A stretch of 64,000 nucleotides of DNA from Macrostomum lignano (taxonomy: Eukaryota): assembly GCA_002269645.1 (NCBI GenBank), contig NIVC01001475.1:124001-188000 (forward strand), read 5' to 3'. Shown piece by piece: positions 46,037-59,600 of the stretch. Each line of letters opens with the position of its first letter. Positions within the stretch are counted from its first letter, which is position 1. Under the pieces are notes generated by a model. That model was not told the origin of the DNA, did not search any database, and worked only from the letters and a program-made list of their open reading frames with translations. A program made the translations under genes and the position numbers.

Positions 46037-49000
46037 CTAGTCTTCGTCAGTAGACATCAGACTAGCGCCAGAATTATCCTCATCCTCGTCATTATTAAAG
46101 TCGTCCGGCGACTCAGTTAAATGCAAAGGTCTCAGCTGGGTGCGCGGCGGCCCGGCGGCACCGCCGCCCGATGCTTTTCGTTTCCTGCCGCTGCCGCCGG
46201 TTAACCAGGAGCCGTCGCTGATACCGACTCTGGTTGGCGACATCTGGCATTGACATTAGTTTGGATGCATTAAAATTAGAATAAAAATTCATTCATTGTT
46301 ACTCTCCGTATGGGATATTAATGGAGTTCAAATCTCAGATAATATTAGAAAGATTAATTTAAAGGAATTTTGAATTTAAACCGAGCCCTATCTTCATTGG
46401 CAAAGAACACACAGACCTACCTGTTCAAGCCTTTCAACATCGTTAAATCGCACAGCGGAGCCGCCACCAGCGGTGGGGGTGACGGAGCCCTTGTACACCT
46501 CAGTGCGCAGGCCGCCGCTGCCGTCGGCAGTCTGGTGCGTCAGCACATAGTCCGTGGCCTTGCGAATGTCCCGAACCTCCAGTTTGGTGACGGATTTCCG
46601 CTTGCCTGGCACCTTGGTGCACAACACAGTGCCGCTGGGTGTCTCGTGCTTGGCGTGGTGGTCCACCACCAGCTGCCCGGCGCTGCGGGACCTTCGGCGG
46701 TAGCGAGGATTCGACGGTGGCGGCGGCAGCTCTTGTGGCTGCGGCGGCGGTGCCTTCTGGCCGCTGGCGCCCGGGCTGAAGCGGCAGCGCAGGCGGCTGA
46801 CGAGGCCTGGCGTTGGCGCGGCGGCTGCATCGGCGTTGAGCTGCTCCTGCGAGCGGCTGCGGCGGAGGCGCGGGCGGACCGCCGACTTCTGCACCGCGTC
46901 CTGCGGGGAGGGGCGGGTGGAGCTTGAGATGCTGCATCACACATGCCTCATCTCTGCTGCCCCAGCATCCTCCATGCCTCATCTCTGCTGCCCCAGCATC
47001 TTCCAAGCATCATTTCTGCTGCCCCAGCATCTTCCATGCCTCATCTCTGTTGCCCCAGCATCTTCCATGCCTCATCTCTGCTGCCCCAGCATCCTCCGTA
47101 CCTCATCTCTGCTGCCCCAGCATCTTCCATGCCTCATCTCTGCTGCCCCAGCATCTTCCATGCCTCATCTCTGCTGCCCCAGCATCTTCCATGCCTCATC
47201 TCTGCTGCCCCAGCATCCTCCGTGCCTCATCTTTACTGCTCCAGCATCCCCAGCTTCATCAGTGCTCACCATGCGGTACTTGAACTGGTCTCGCAGCCTC
47301 TCCTTGTCAGCCCGCTCCCTCCTTAGCTGGTTCTCCTGGCCCTCCAGTCTGCTCAGCAGTTCTTTCTTCCCCGTGTCCGCAGCTGCCCTGTCTTTGCACA
47401 GCCGCATCTCCGCGTTCCTCAGCCGCTTCTCCAGCCTCGCCTTCTCCGCCCGGTGCGCCGCCTGCAGCCGCTGCACCTCTTCGAGGAGGTCGCCGCTGCC
47501 GCTGCCGCCGTCCCAGACGGCGTCCAGCTCGGCCCTGAAGAGCCGCGCCCGCTGCTCCCAGAGCTCCCACTGCGACTCCCGCAGCGAGCCGCCAGCTGCC
47601 GCGGTCGCCGAGTCCGGCGCTGACGGAGACACCGGCAGGATGCTGTCGAACTGCCACATGCGGCCGCCGCTGCCGTCCTCCGCCGACTCCGACGACGATG
47701 GCGGCGCCGACGGCACCTGCGGGCGCGGCGTTGCGGCCTGCCAGCGGGGCGTCTGCGGCACCTTGGAGCGGACGACCTGCGGGGATTGCGGAAGATGGGC
47801 TTATGATGGGGATCAGCGATGAGGATCAGTGATGGGGATAAGTGTTGGGGATAAGTGAAGGGGATCAGTGATGAGGATCAGTAATGAGAACCAGAATAAA
47901 CTTAGATGGAGATGACAGGTTATTAATGGGAAAAACAAGACAGAAGCTGATCAGCACCCACCTGCACTTCGGAGGCCATCTCAGCGAACTTCAGGACGTT
48001 CGCCGTCTCCTCGACCTCCTCGGCGTTGCGGTTGACGCAGAGGACCATCTTGACGGAGCCGTCACCGTCAAAGAAGTTCTTGAACAGCTGCGTCATCTTG
48101 CTCTCCCGGTACGGGACAATCTTAGTGGCGGCGTTGGCGCCCCCGGCGCTCACAGCTCGCTGGTTCTCCCTCAGAGCCTCGATGCACCGCTTCAGCACCA
48201 GCAGCGAGTTGTTGATGTTGGACGCCTCCCGCAGGCGGCTGCCCGCGTTGCCCGTGCGGAGCGACCGCTCGGAGCCCGCGAGGTCCACCAGGCAGAGCTG
48301 GCTGACGTGGAGGAGGCTCTTGTCCTGCAGGACGGAGTGTACTTTTATAATCACCAATGGTTTCAGGGTGTACTTTTATAATCACCAATGGGTTCAGGGT
48401 GTACTTTTATAATCACGAATGGGTTCGGGTGTACTTTTATAATCACGAATGGGTTCAGGGTGTACTTTTATAATCACCAATGGGTTCAGGGTGTACTTTT
48501 ATAATCACCAATGGGTTCATGGTGTACTTTTATAATCACCAATGGGTTCGGGGTGTACTTTTATAATCACTGATGGGTTCAGGATGTACTTTTTAGTTCA
48601 AGGTTTTATGAAGTGAAGAATGCTTGTTAAATTCTGGGATAGGGTGCGGGATGCAGTTTGGATTCTGTGGTATAAGTGCAGGATGATCAAGTATAGTGTG
48701 CCGTTTAAAGAGGGTGACTCACTGGAACCACACCTAGGTGACTCACCGGAACCATCACCCCAGCTTAGTGACTCATCGGAACCATCACCCCAGCTTAGTG
48801 ACTCACCGGAACCATCTCTCCCAGCTTAGTGACTCACCGGAACCATCACACCCAGCTTAGTGACTCACTGGAACCATCTCTCCCAGCTTAGTGACTCACC
48901 GGAACCACCTCTCCCAGCTTAGTGACTCACCGGAACCATCACACCCAGCTTAGTGACTCACTGGAACCATCTCTCCCAGCTTAGTGACTCACCGGAACCA

Positions 49001-51423
49001 TCTCTCCCAGCTTAGTGACTCACTCGAACCATCTCTCCCAGCTTAGTGACTCACCGGAACCATCTCTCCCAGCTTAGTGACTCACCGGAACCATCTCTCC
49101 CAGCTTAGTGACTCACTGGAACCATCTCTCCCAGCTTAGTAACTCACCGGAACCATCACCCAGCTTAGTGACTCACCGGAACCATCACACCCAGCTTAGT
49201 GACTCACCGAAACCGTCTCTCCCAGCTTAGTGACTCACCGAAACCATCTCTCCCAGCTTTGTGACTCACCGGAACCATCGCATCAAGCTGTGACTCACCG
49301 GAACCATCTCTCCCAGCTTAGTGACTCACCGGAACCATCACACCCAGCTTAGTGACTCACCGGAACCATCTCTCCCAGTTTAGTGACTCACCGGAACCAT
49401 CACACCCAGCTTAGTGACTCACCGGAACCATCACACCCAGCTTAGTGACTCACCGGAACCATCACACCCAGCTTAGTGACTCACCGGAACCATCACACCC
49501 AGCTTAGTGACTCACCGGAACCGTCTCTCCCCAGCTTAGTGACTCACCGGAACCATTTCTCCCAGATTAGTGACTCACCGGAACCATCTCTCCCAGATTA
49601 GTGACTCACCGGAACCATCTCTCCCAGCCGGCAGTCGTAGCAGCCGCGCACCAGCCTGATGGTGAACACCGAGTGAGATCGCGAGCTCTCAGCATTCAGC
49701 GCTGTCTGGGCCACCTGCCTCCTGGCGCAGCCTTTCAGGAAGACGGCGAAGGCCTCGTCACCGGAGCGGCACTCGACCTCCAGGGCACCGCTCACGTACA
49801 TGTTTCTCCTGGCGTCCTCACGCAGGGCTCGGGACGTCGGCTCCGCCCGCAGCACCTGGCCGGGGACTCCGAAATCCTCGAGCAGGTCGTAGGCGAGCTT
49901 GTTGTAAATTTCCACGTAGCTCACGAAGACCGCGCAGCCGAAGGCGTCGCCCTCCAGCTCGCCGAGAGGGACTCGAGCGCTCTCGCGAATGCGGGAGGCC
50001 GCCTGGGTGAAGGGGAGGATGGGGAGAGTGAGGCTGCTGACAGAAGCGAGTGAGGCTGCTGACAATAGCGAGTGAGGCTGCTGACAGAAGCGAGTGAGGC
50101 TGTTGACAGAAGCGAGTGAGGCTGCTGACAATAGCGAGTGAGGCTGCTGACAGAAGCGAGTGAGGCTGTTGACAGAAGCGAGTGAGGCTGTTGACAGAAG
50201 CGAGTGAGGCTGCTGCAGAAGCGAGTGAGGCTGCTGACAATAGCAAGTGAGGCTGCTGACAGTAGCGAGTGAGGCTGCTGCAGAAGCGAGTGAGGCTGCT
50301 GACAATAGCGAGTGAGGCTGCTGACAGTAGCGAGTGAGGCTGCTGACAGTAGCGAGTGAGAATGTTAACAGAAGCGAGTATTAAATAAAGCTCTCAATTG
50401 AACGAAAGTCTCCAACTGATGAAGCACAAACGAACCTCAGCTTCCAGCTGCCTCCAGCCGCCGTGCCGTCTCTCCAGCTCCACCCGCTGCCGCTCCATCA
50501 TGGCCTCAGCCTCGCTGTGAATGTCGAAGCCGTTGCACCTGTCGGGCTGAATGACGAACTTCTTGGCCAGTCGGGAGCCCACAGAGTTGAACAGGGAGTC
50601 CAGGCACCGGGGCAGCAGGCCGGGATTGTCTGGGTGGCCCTGCATGGTGAAGCTCTTGCCACTGCCAGTCACTCCGTAGGTGAACAGCAGGCCGTTGCGG
50701 CCCTGCACCAGCTCCTCCACCAGCGGCAGGCCGGCGCTGCTGAACACCTCCGACTGCTTTGAGGCATCGTCGAACACGCGAGTGAAAGTGTACTCGGTGG
50801 ACCTGCAGTTGAGTTTTTTATTTGTGTTGGCAGCGAAATTAAAAAATTTCTATTGTCAGTAGCAAAATTAGCGCATTTCTACTGTTAGTAGTAAATTTAG
50901 TATATTTAGATTTAGCGCATTTCTACTGTCAGAAGTAAATTTAGCGCATTTCTACTGTCAGTAGCAAAATTAGCGCATTTCTACTGTCAGTAGCAAAATT
51001 AGCGCATTTTTACTGTCAGTAGCAAAATTAGCGCATTTCTACTGTCAGTAGCAAAATTAGCGCATTTCTACTGTCAGTAGCAAAATTAGCGCATTTCTAC
51101 TGTCAGTAGCAAAATTAGCGCATTTCTACTGTGAGTAGCAATATCAGCGCATTTCTACTATGAGTAGCAAAATTAGAAAATTTTATTTTTGCCAGCAAAA
51201 TTAGAGGCTTGGCATAATCGCAGCAGCAGTACATGTACGTGTTTTACCTCATAGCACCGGCCCTATCAAGCAGCAGAGTTCGTTCATCCTTGACCGTTAG
51301 ACAGTCTTCAAAATTAGCCGCCGACAGAGGCGCCGGCCGGACGCGGCAGAACACTTCGACAGCTTCGCGGGGCTGCGAATTGATTCGATTGCGCACACCG
51401 CGACCGGGGGTTCGGCCGAGCAT
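46037..51423 (-). CDS. KIF23: Kinesin-6 MKLP1/Pavarotti, 7 exons: 51423-51248, 50802-50436, 50002-49610, 48324-47962, 47776-47270, 46900-46421, 46243-46037; 830 aa
   Basis: VEVFCRVRP; P-loop NGLLFTYGVTGSGKS; VSYVEIYN; NAESSRSH; DLAGSER; VPYRESKMT; coiled coil; tail RRRSRSAG.VVDH and TAGGGSAVRFNDVERL typical of MKLP1. Phase-consistent introns (2493 nt). Confidence 0.92.
46940..47250. repeat. 31-nt minisatellite CATCTCTGCTGCCCCAGCATCTTCCATGCCT, about 10 copies, in KIF23 intron 5
   Basis: Tandem units. Confidence 0.93.
48337..48592. repeat. About 32-nt minisatellite GTGTACTTTTATAATCACCAATGGGTTCAGG(G), about 8 copies, in KIF23 intron 3 (acceptor side)
   Basis: Tandem units. Confidence 0.93.
48710..49627. 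repeat. 31-nt minisatellite copying the KIF23 exon 3/intron 3 donor junction, about 29 copies
   Basis: Sense unit CTGGGAGAGATGGTTCCG|GTGAGTCACTAAG. Confidence 0.96.
50025..50380. repeat. 22-nt minisatellite GAAGCGAGTGAGGCTGCTGACA, about 15 copies, in KIF23 intron 2
   Basis: Tandem units. Confidence 0.93.
50845..51175. repeat. 29-nt minisatellite GCGCATTTCTACTGTCAGTAGCAAAATTA, about 11 copies, in KIF23 intron 1
   Basis: Tandem units with an internal inverted repeat CTACTG-T-CAGTAG. Confidence 0.93.
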
Positions 51424-51564
51424 GGCGGATAAGCGCTGCTGCTGCTGCCCTTTAAATTGCTGCAATAGCTAGGCTGATAGACCCCAAAGTGCAGGCAGAA
51501 AAGCTATTAGCATGAATATAAAAGGCGAGATATGAAAATGATAATTAAGCCTTGCTACGAGCTG

Positions 51565-52440
51565 CGTGAGGACTGTGACACACTCAGTGACCTCACTATG
51601 AGGTACATGAGGGCTGTGACACACTCAGTGACCTCACTATGAGCTACATGAGGGCTGTGACACACTCAGTGACCTCACTATGAGCTACATGAGGGCTGTG
51701 ACACACTAAGTGACCTCACTGTGAGGTACATGAGGGCTGTGACACACTCAGTGACCTCACTGTGAGGTACATGAGGGCTGTGACACACTAAGTGACCTCA
51801 CTGTGAGGTACATGAGGGCTGTGACACACTCAGTGACCTCACTATGAGCTACATGAGGGCTGTGACACACTAAGTGACCTCACTATGAGCTACATGAAGG
51901 CTGTGACACACTAAGTGACCTCACTATGAGCTACATGAAGGCTGTGACACACTAAGTGACCTCACTATGAGCTACATGAGGGCTGTGACACACTCAGTGA
52001 CCTCACTATGAGCTACATGAGGGCTGTGACACACTAAGTGACCTCACTATGAGCTACATGAAGGCTGTGACACACTAAGTGACCTCACTATGAGCTACAT
52101 GAGGGCTGTGACACACTCAGTGACCTCACTATGAGCTACATGAGGGCTGTGACACACTCAGTGACCTCACTATGAGCTACATGAGGACTGTGACACACTC
52201 AGTGACCTCACTATGAGCTACATGAGGACTGTGACACACTCAGTGACCTCACTGTGAGCTACATGAGGGCTGTGACACACTCAGTGACCTCACTATGAGC
52301 TACATGAGGGCTGTGACACACTCAGTGACCTCACTATGAGCTACATGAGGGCTGTGACACACTAAGTGACCTCACTATGAGCTACATGAGGGCTGTGACA
52401 CACTCAGTGACCTCACTATGAGGCACACGAGGACTGGGAC
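51565..52440. repeat. 41-nt minisatellite GGGCTGTGACACACTCAGTGACCTCACTATGAGCTACATGA, about 21 copies
   Basis: Tandem units. Confidence 0.96.
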
Positions 52441-53699
52441 ACGTTTAACATGACCTAGATGTAGGTATGAGCTAAAGGACCACAAAATTTAAAGACAGAC
52501 AACACAAATTAGCATCACAGGAAAGGCAGTCCAATAGTCAATAGTGACATATAATTTAAACAGCGCTTTTGACAATTATAATGAACACACGCATATTTCA
52601 GGCAGAGACAGTTTTGCAAAAGAAGCGAAACTTTGGTCAGACATAATGTGCGCTGTTGGCGTTAAATAAAATAAGAAAAATATGCACATATTCAATGGAA
52701 TAAAATAGATATTGACAGAATTAAATCTAACCACATAGTATTCGGTTAAAACATTTTTCTATTACAACCTCTACACGCCTGATGCCTTGCTCTATAGACA
52801 AACAGAAGAATAATGTAACTGTACAGATAAAAGACAAGCCTAGATCTCTAAACCTGACGAAATATTTTCATATTATTGTATTAGTTACACTGTAACTCTT
52901 TTATCCAGGTGTGTGCAAGACACACACACGCACACACACACCCTAGACACACAAGAGCACGCAGGATGGCAGTGTTCCCGCGTGCTCAATGCGTGTGTGC
53001 TCAGCTAATAAAAGCTGCAGTGCATACATATATTACAGTATCTATAGATAAGAGCAAGCTCAGCAGTGCAACTGAAGATCTATTTTTATACAAATACAAC
53101 AGTCTAACACAAGGCAGTCAGCTTCTACACACAACTGTGTTACAGTATGGTGTCAATCATAATTAATTTAATTACACTATATTATACAGGTTGAATTCGA
53201 TTATGTTAGAAACTAATGACACTGATGATAATTCAAGTACTTTAATAATGTTATGCGAGTATGACTATTTACCAGTCAAAAATATGTGAGCTGTACAGCT
53301 GGATTTCTACAATCTACAATATTTCTTTAGTCAATTTAGAATATTATTATATAAATTCCTGCCGAAGGCATGCACAAAGAATAAGAGCCTCTCAAGTCTG
53401 AATTAATTAAATCAAGGACATGATAGTAACCAGTAGGTAAAGCATAATTTATGAAAATCAAAATAAAAACCAAAAGAACTCCGCACCATTAAAATCTTGC
53501 TATGTGTCTACATGATTGGGGGGGGGGCGTTGTAAATTACAGGCACAAGCCAGCACGGCAGCTTAGCGATAAGAATTCGCTGTGCAGAGCGCGTTTCATT
53601 CATAACACTGATTGGGTTAGCTCGGGCTCTGGGCATGAGGATAGCACCTGATGACCTGGGAAACATTTCATGGATTGAAGACTGGACACTGGAGATCTC

Positions 53700-56430
53700 T
53701 GGCAACTGACACTCTGGGAGGCTGGCGCAGCAAGTGGGGATCTGGGAGGCTGGCCTAGCAACTGAGGATCTGGGAGGCTGGCCTAGCAACTGAGGATCTG
53801 GGAGGCTGGCCCAGAAACTGAGGATCTGGGAGGCTGGCCTAGCAACTGAGGATCTGGAAGGCTGGCCCAGAAACTGAGGATCTGGGAGGCTGGCCCAGAA
53901 ACTGAGGATCTGGGAGGCTGGCCTAGCAACTGAGGATCTGGGAGGCTGGCCCAGAAACTGAGGATCTGGGAGGCTGGCCCAGCAACTGAGGATCTGAAAG
54001 GCTGGCTCAGCAACTGAGGATCTGGAAGGCTAGCCCAGAAACTGAGGATCTGGGAGGCTGGCCTAGCAACTGAGGATCTGGGAGGCTGGCCCAGAAACTG
54101 AGGATCTGGGAGGCTGGCCCAGCAACTGGGGATCTGGGAGGCTGGCCCAGCAACTGAGGATCTGAAAGGCTGGCTCAGCAACTGAGGATCTGGGAGGCTG
54201 GCCCAGCAACTGAGAATCTGGGAGGCTGGCCCAGCAACTGAGGATCTGGGAGGCTGGCCCAGAGGATCTGGGAGGCTGGCCTAGCAACTGAGGATCTGGG
54301 AGGCTGGCCCAGCAACTGAGGATCTGGGAGGCTGGCCCAGCAACTGAGGATCTGGGAGGCTGGCCCAGCAACTGAGGATCTGAAAGGCTGGCTCAGCAAC
54401 TGAGGATCTGGGAGGCTGGCCCAGCAACTGAGGATCTGGGAGGCTGGCCCAGCAACTGAGGATCTGGGAGGCTGGCCAGCAACTGAGGATCTGGGAGGCT
54501 GGCCCAGCAACTGAGGATCTGGGAGGCTGGCCCAGCAACTGAGGATCTGAGGCTGGCCCAGCAACTGAGGATCTGGGAGGCTGGCCCAGCAACTGAGGAT
54601 CTGGGAGGCTGGCCCAGCAACTGAGGATCTGGGAGGCTGGCTCAGCAACTGAGGATCTGGGAGGCTGGCCCAGCAACTGAGGATCTGGGAGGCTGGCCCA
54701 GCAACTGAGGATCTGGGAGGCTGGCACAGCAACTGAGATCTGGGAGGCTGGCCCAGCAACTGAGGATCTGGGAGGCTGGCCCAGCAACTGAGGATCTGGG
54801 AGGCTGGCCCAGCAACTGAGGATCTGGGAGGCTGGCTCAGCAACTGAGGATCTGGGAGGCTGGCCAGCAACTGAGGATCTGGGAGGCTGGCCTAGCAACT
54901 GAGGATCTGGGAGGCTGGCCCAGAAACTGAGGATCTGGGAGGCTGGCCCAGCAACTGAGGATCTGGGAGGCTGGCCCAGCAACTGAGGATCTGGGAGGCT
55001 GGCCCAGCAACTGAGGATCTGGGAGGCTGGCCCAGCAACTGAGGATCTGGGAGGCTGGCCCAGAACTGAGGATCTGGGAGGCTGGCCCAGCAACTGAGGA
55101 TCTGGGAGGCTGGCCCAGCAACTGAGGATCTGGGAGGCTGGCCCAGAAACTGAGGATCTGGGAGGCTGGCCCAGAAACTGAGGATCTGGAGGCTGGCCCA
55201 GCAACTGAGGATCTGGGAGGCTGGCCCAGAAACTGAGGATCTGGGAGGCTGGCCCAGAAACTGAGGATCTGGGAGGCTGGCCTAGCAACTGAGGATCTGG
55301 GAGGCTGGCCCAGAAACTGAGGATCTGGGAGGCTGGCCCAGAACTGAGGATCTGGGAGGCTGGCCTAGCAACTGAGGATCTGGGAGGCTGGCCCAGAAAC
55401 TGAGGATCTGGGAGGCTGGCCCAGCAACTGGGGATCTGGGAGGCTGGCCCAGCAACTGAGGATCTGGGAGGCTGGCCCAGCAACTGAGGATCTGGGAGGC
55501 TGGCCCAGAACTGAGGATCTGGGAGGCGGGCCCAGCAACTGAGGATCTGGGAGGCTGGCCCAGCAACTGAGGATCTGGGAGGCTGGCCCAGCAACTGAGG
55601 ATCTGGGAGGCTGGCCCAGCAACTGAGGATCTGGGAGGCTGGCCAGCAACTGAGGATCTGGGAGGCTGGCCAGCAACTGAGGATCTGGGAGGCTGGCCCA
55701 GCAACTGAGGATCTGGGAGGCTGGCCCAGAAACTGAGGATCTGGGAGGCTGGCCCAGAAACTGAGGATCTGGGAGGCTGGCCAGCAACTGAGGATCTGGG
55801 AGGCTGGCCTAGCAACTGAGGATCTGGAGGCTGGCCCAGAAACTGAGGATCTGGGAGGCTGGCCCAGCAACTGAGGATCTGGGAGGCTGGCCAGCAACTG
55901 AGGATCTGGGAGGCTGGCCCAGAAACTGAGGATCTAGGAGGCTGGCCCAGCAACTGAGGATCTGGGAGGCTGGCCCAGCAACTGAGGATCTGGGAGGCTG
56001 GCCCAGCAACTGAGGATCTGGAAGGCTGGCCCAGAAACTGAGGATCTGGGAGGCTGGCCTAGCAACTGAGGATCTGGGAGGCTGGCCCAGAAACTGAGGA
56101 TCTGGGAGGCTGGCCCAGCAACTGGGGATCTGGGAGGCTGGCCCAGCAACTGAGGATCTGAAAGGCTGGCCCAGCACCTGATGACCTGGGAAACATTTCA
56201 TGGATTGAAGACTGGCTGGACACTAGAGATCTCTGGCAACTGACACTCTGGAAGGCTGGCCCAGTAACTGAGGATCTGGGAGGCTGGCACAGCAACTGAG
56301 GATCTGGGAGGCTGGCCCAGCAACTGGGGATCTGGGAGGCTGGCTCAGCAACTGACCACTCTGGGAGGCTGGCCCAGCAACTGACACTCTGGGAGGCTGG
56401 CCCAGCAACTGGGGATCTGGGAGGCTGGCG
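53700..56430. repeat. 28-nt minisatellite GGCCCAGCAACTGAGGATCTGGGAGGCT, about 95 copies, downstream of MondoA
   Basis: Tandem units; source of many spurious ORFs. Confidence 0.97.
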
Positions 56431-56659
56431 GCACACTTTGAATAAGGCATGTGAGACATGTACATGTACTTTCTCCGTCTCGAGGGGTGGCCTACGTGGC
56501 ACTTCATGCCCAGCCAATTAGTTAAGCAAACTGCACGACGCCAAAAAAAACTTGCAAATTGAAATTCCAACAAAGAAACAAAAATTTAAGCAATATTTCT
56601 ATATACAATAATGTAGAATCAGTAATTTAATCATATTTTGGTAGAATTATTTCAATTCC

Positions 56660-59600
56660 TCAATCCATCATATCGCAGTCCTCGTCGGAATTCTCCAAAT
56701 CCGGCCAGGAAGAATTCTTATTGGACTCGGACATTGACGAGCTGCGGTGCGGCTGCCGCTGGCCCGCCTGCTGGTGCGCCACTAGAGAAGGCGGCAGCTC
56801 AATGGACAGAGCCAGTGTGCCAGCCTGAACACCTGTCAGCACCTGCGACGGTACAGCCTGGGGATCGCTTAGAATGCTAGTGCTGGTGCTGAACTGGGTT
56901 AGGGCTCGTTGTACGGCTGCAAATTTATTTGCGGTATCAGATTATCATTTACTATGCAGCACTGAGGGGCAATTCTGCTCACGCACAATCACACACACAC
57001 GCTCACACAGGGTGTACATCGGAAAAAGTCACAAGAGTTGCCCCAGAGTCGCTAGAGTCACCCAGTGAGTTGTTTGCAACCACTCTTTTTCAACGTTTTC
57101 GACTATTAAAGGGTTGCTGGGAGATTACTGTAGGGATTCTACTCCAGAGTTGGCTGGGCTAATCCTGTTAAATTGCACAGAACAAACCTGGCCTCAGCCT
57201 AATCAGGCTGCAGTGCTGATCAACCCAGCTAAGAACCGAGCGAGCGAAATCGTCCAGACCGTGCGTAGTAACTGTGGAACTGAAGGCGTCGAACAGGTCA
57301 GTGATGACCAGGCTGAACTGCAATAGGCAAACGTTTGGGTGAAGCGAACAATGAGTAAAGTGCTAAAAATAAAACTCAGCAGTTTTCTATTCAATGATCT
57401 AAATATAGAAATTACGACATTCCAGCATCCCAACCTAGCTACTGGCTGGCCCAGCAACTGAGGCTCTGGGAGGCTGGCTGGCCAGCAACTGACACTCTGG
57501 GAGGCTGGCCCAGCAACTGAGGATCTGGGAGGCTGGCCCAGCAACTGAGGATCTGGGAGGCTGGCCCAGCAACTGAGGATCTGAGAGGCTGGCCTAGCAA
57601 CTAAGGCTCTGGGAGGCTGGCCCAGCAACTGAGCATCTGTGAGGCTGGCCTAGCAACTGAGGATCTGGGAGGCTGGCCTAGCAACTGAGGATCTGGGAGG
57701 CTGGCCTAGCAACTGAGGATCTGGGAGGCTGGCCCAGAAACTGAGGATCTGGGAGGCTGGCCTAGCAACTGAGGATCTGGGAGGCCGGCCCAGCAACTGA
57801 GGATCTGGGGGGCTTGCTTAGCAACTGAGGATCTGGGGGGCTTGCTTAGCAACTGAGGATCTGGGAGGCTGGCGCTGGCTAAAATAAATCCGCATGCAGC
57901 ATCAGTCGCCTTACCAGATAGAACTTCCAATTGTTGAGCACCCCTGGCCGTACGTAGGAATGCTCAAACCAACGTCGCGCTTCAACCAATCGCAGCTCGG
58001 CAGCCGAGGATCCGCCACCGGCGACGCCGCTGCTGCCTCCGCCGACGCTGGCAGCTGAAGGCAATCCACCAGCCGATGGCAGCTGCTCGCAGCAGGCCTC
58101 GATGCCGCTTCGGAGTCTGGCAATCTCTTGACGCAACTGCTCACTCTCCCGTTCCATATTAGCCCGATCCGCTTTCATCCGTTGCATATGCTCGGCCGCT
58201 TTGTGCAACAGCACGGCTTTGGACACTTTCACGTGCGGATTTGAGGCCAAACTGGGCACCAGATCGTGCAGCGCGTCGAATCCGTTATTGATAGAGAAGC
58301 GACGCTTCTGCTCGGAATTGGCAGTCTGCACACTTTGGCGCCTGTGCAGCTGGTACAACTCGCTGTGATCCAAAGCTCGAGACTGTTAGTGGCGTATTAG
58401 TTCAGGATGGAACTTAGTTATTACATCCGTATTATAATCAAATCATAACAATAACAAAACCCATATCATTATCATATGCATATAGTCACACCTATATCAT
58501 AATCACATCATATCATAATCATATTTATATCATAAGCACACCCTTATCATAAGAACACCCTTATCATAGGCACACCCTTATCATAAGCACACCCTTATCA
58601 TAGGCACACCCTTATCATAAGCACACCCTTATCATAGGCACACCCTTATCATAAGCACACCCTTATCATAGGCACACCCTTATCATAGGCACACCCTTAA
58701 CATAAGCACACCCTTAACATAAGCACACCCTTATCATAAGCACACCCTTAACATAAGCACACCCTTAACATAAGCACACCCTTATCATAAGCACACCCTT
58801 ATCATAATTATATAATAATCAGAACCATATCATAATCATAATCACACCCAAATCACCCTAATCTTAAACAATTCTATTTAAATAACAGTGCCTAGCGATT
58901 AGAATGCACTTTATTGTCAATTCTGTCAAAATGTCAGCTTTCAACTTCGACTAGATACGAATTCCGAAATCACGACTCGGTATTGGGTGTCCAAACATGC
59001 TCCTAGGGTTTTAGGCCTAGAAATGCAAAATTGCACAATGTTTTTAACCCAGCAGGCGCTTACAGACGACGCGGTGCCTCTTTGCTCTCGAACAGGCGGT
59101 ATTGGTGGCACAATTTGCGAAGCAGACGATTGTCGAGACCGACTGGCACTGCTACTAGTAGATACTGAGCCCGCGCTAGCGCTAGCTGTCAGAGGCGGAG
59201 GCGGGGGAGGCGGCGGCGGCGGCGGCGGCAAAGCTGCTGAATTTTCCATTTTTGGAGACACAGCAACGGAGGATTTAGGTTGCTGATGTGACACTGATGT
59301 CGAATTATTCGATCCGGTTAAAATATTATAGAGAGCCGGTGACACACCTGAACGAATAGCACCAGGTGGCTTCATTGTTTGTTGTTGCTGCTGCTGCTGT
59401 TGTTGTTGTTGCTGTTGTTGCTTTTGCCCCAAAGCAGATGCCGTTAAATCTATATAACAACTTTTATCAGAAGAATTTGGAATTGGAGTCTTGGAAACAG
59501 TCGATATGGCCTGTTGTTGCTGCTGTTGCTGTTGTATCTGTAGAAGTTGGTGCTGCTGCGCATCTGGTTGCAGAGGAATGCCAACACTATTGAGATATTG

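Noticed and set aside
53508-56573. Long ORFs up to 538 aa (ASLPDPQLLGQPPRSS)
   Set aside because: They are pure translations of the 28-nt repeat, with no unique coding sequence
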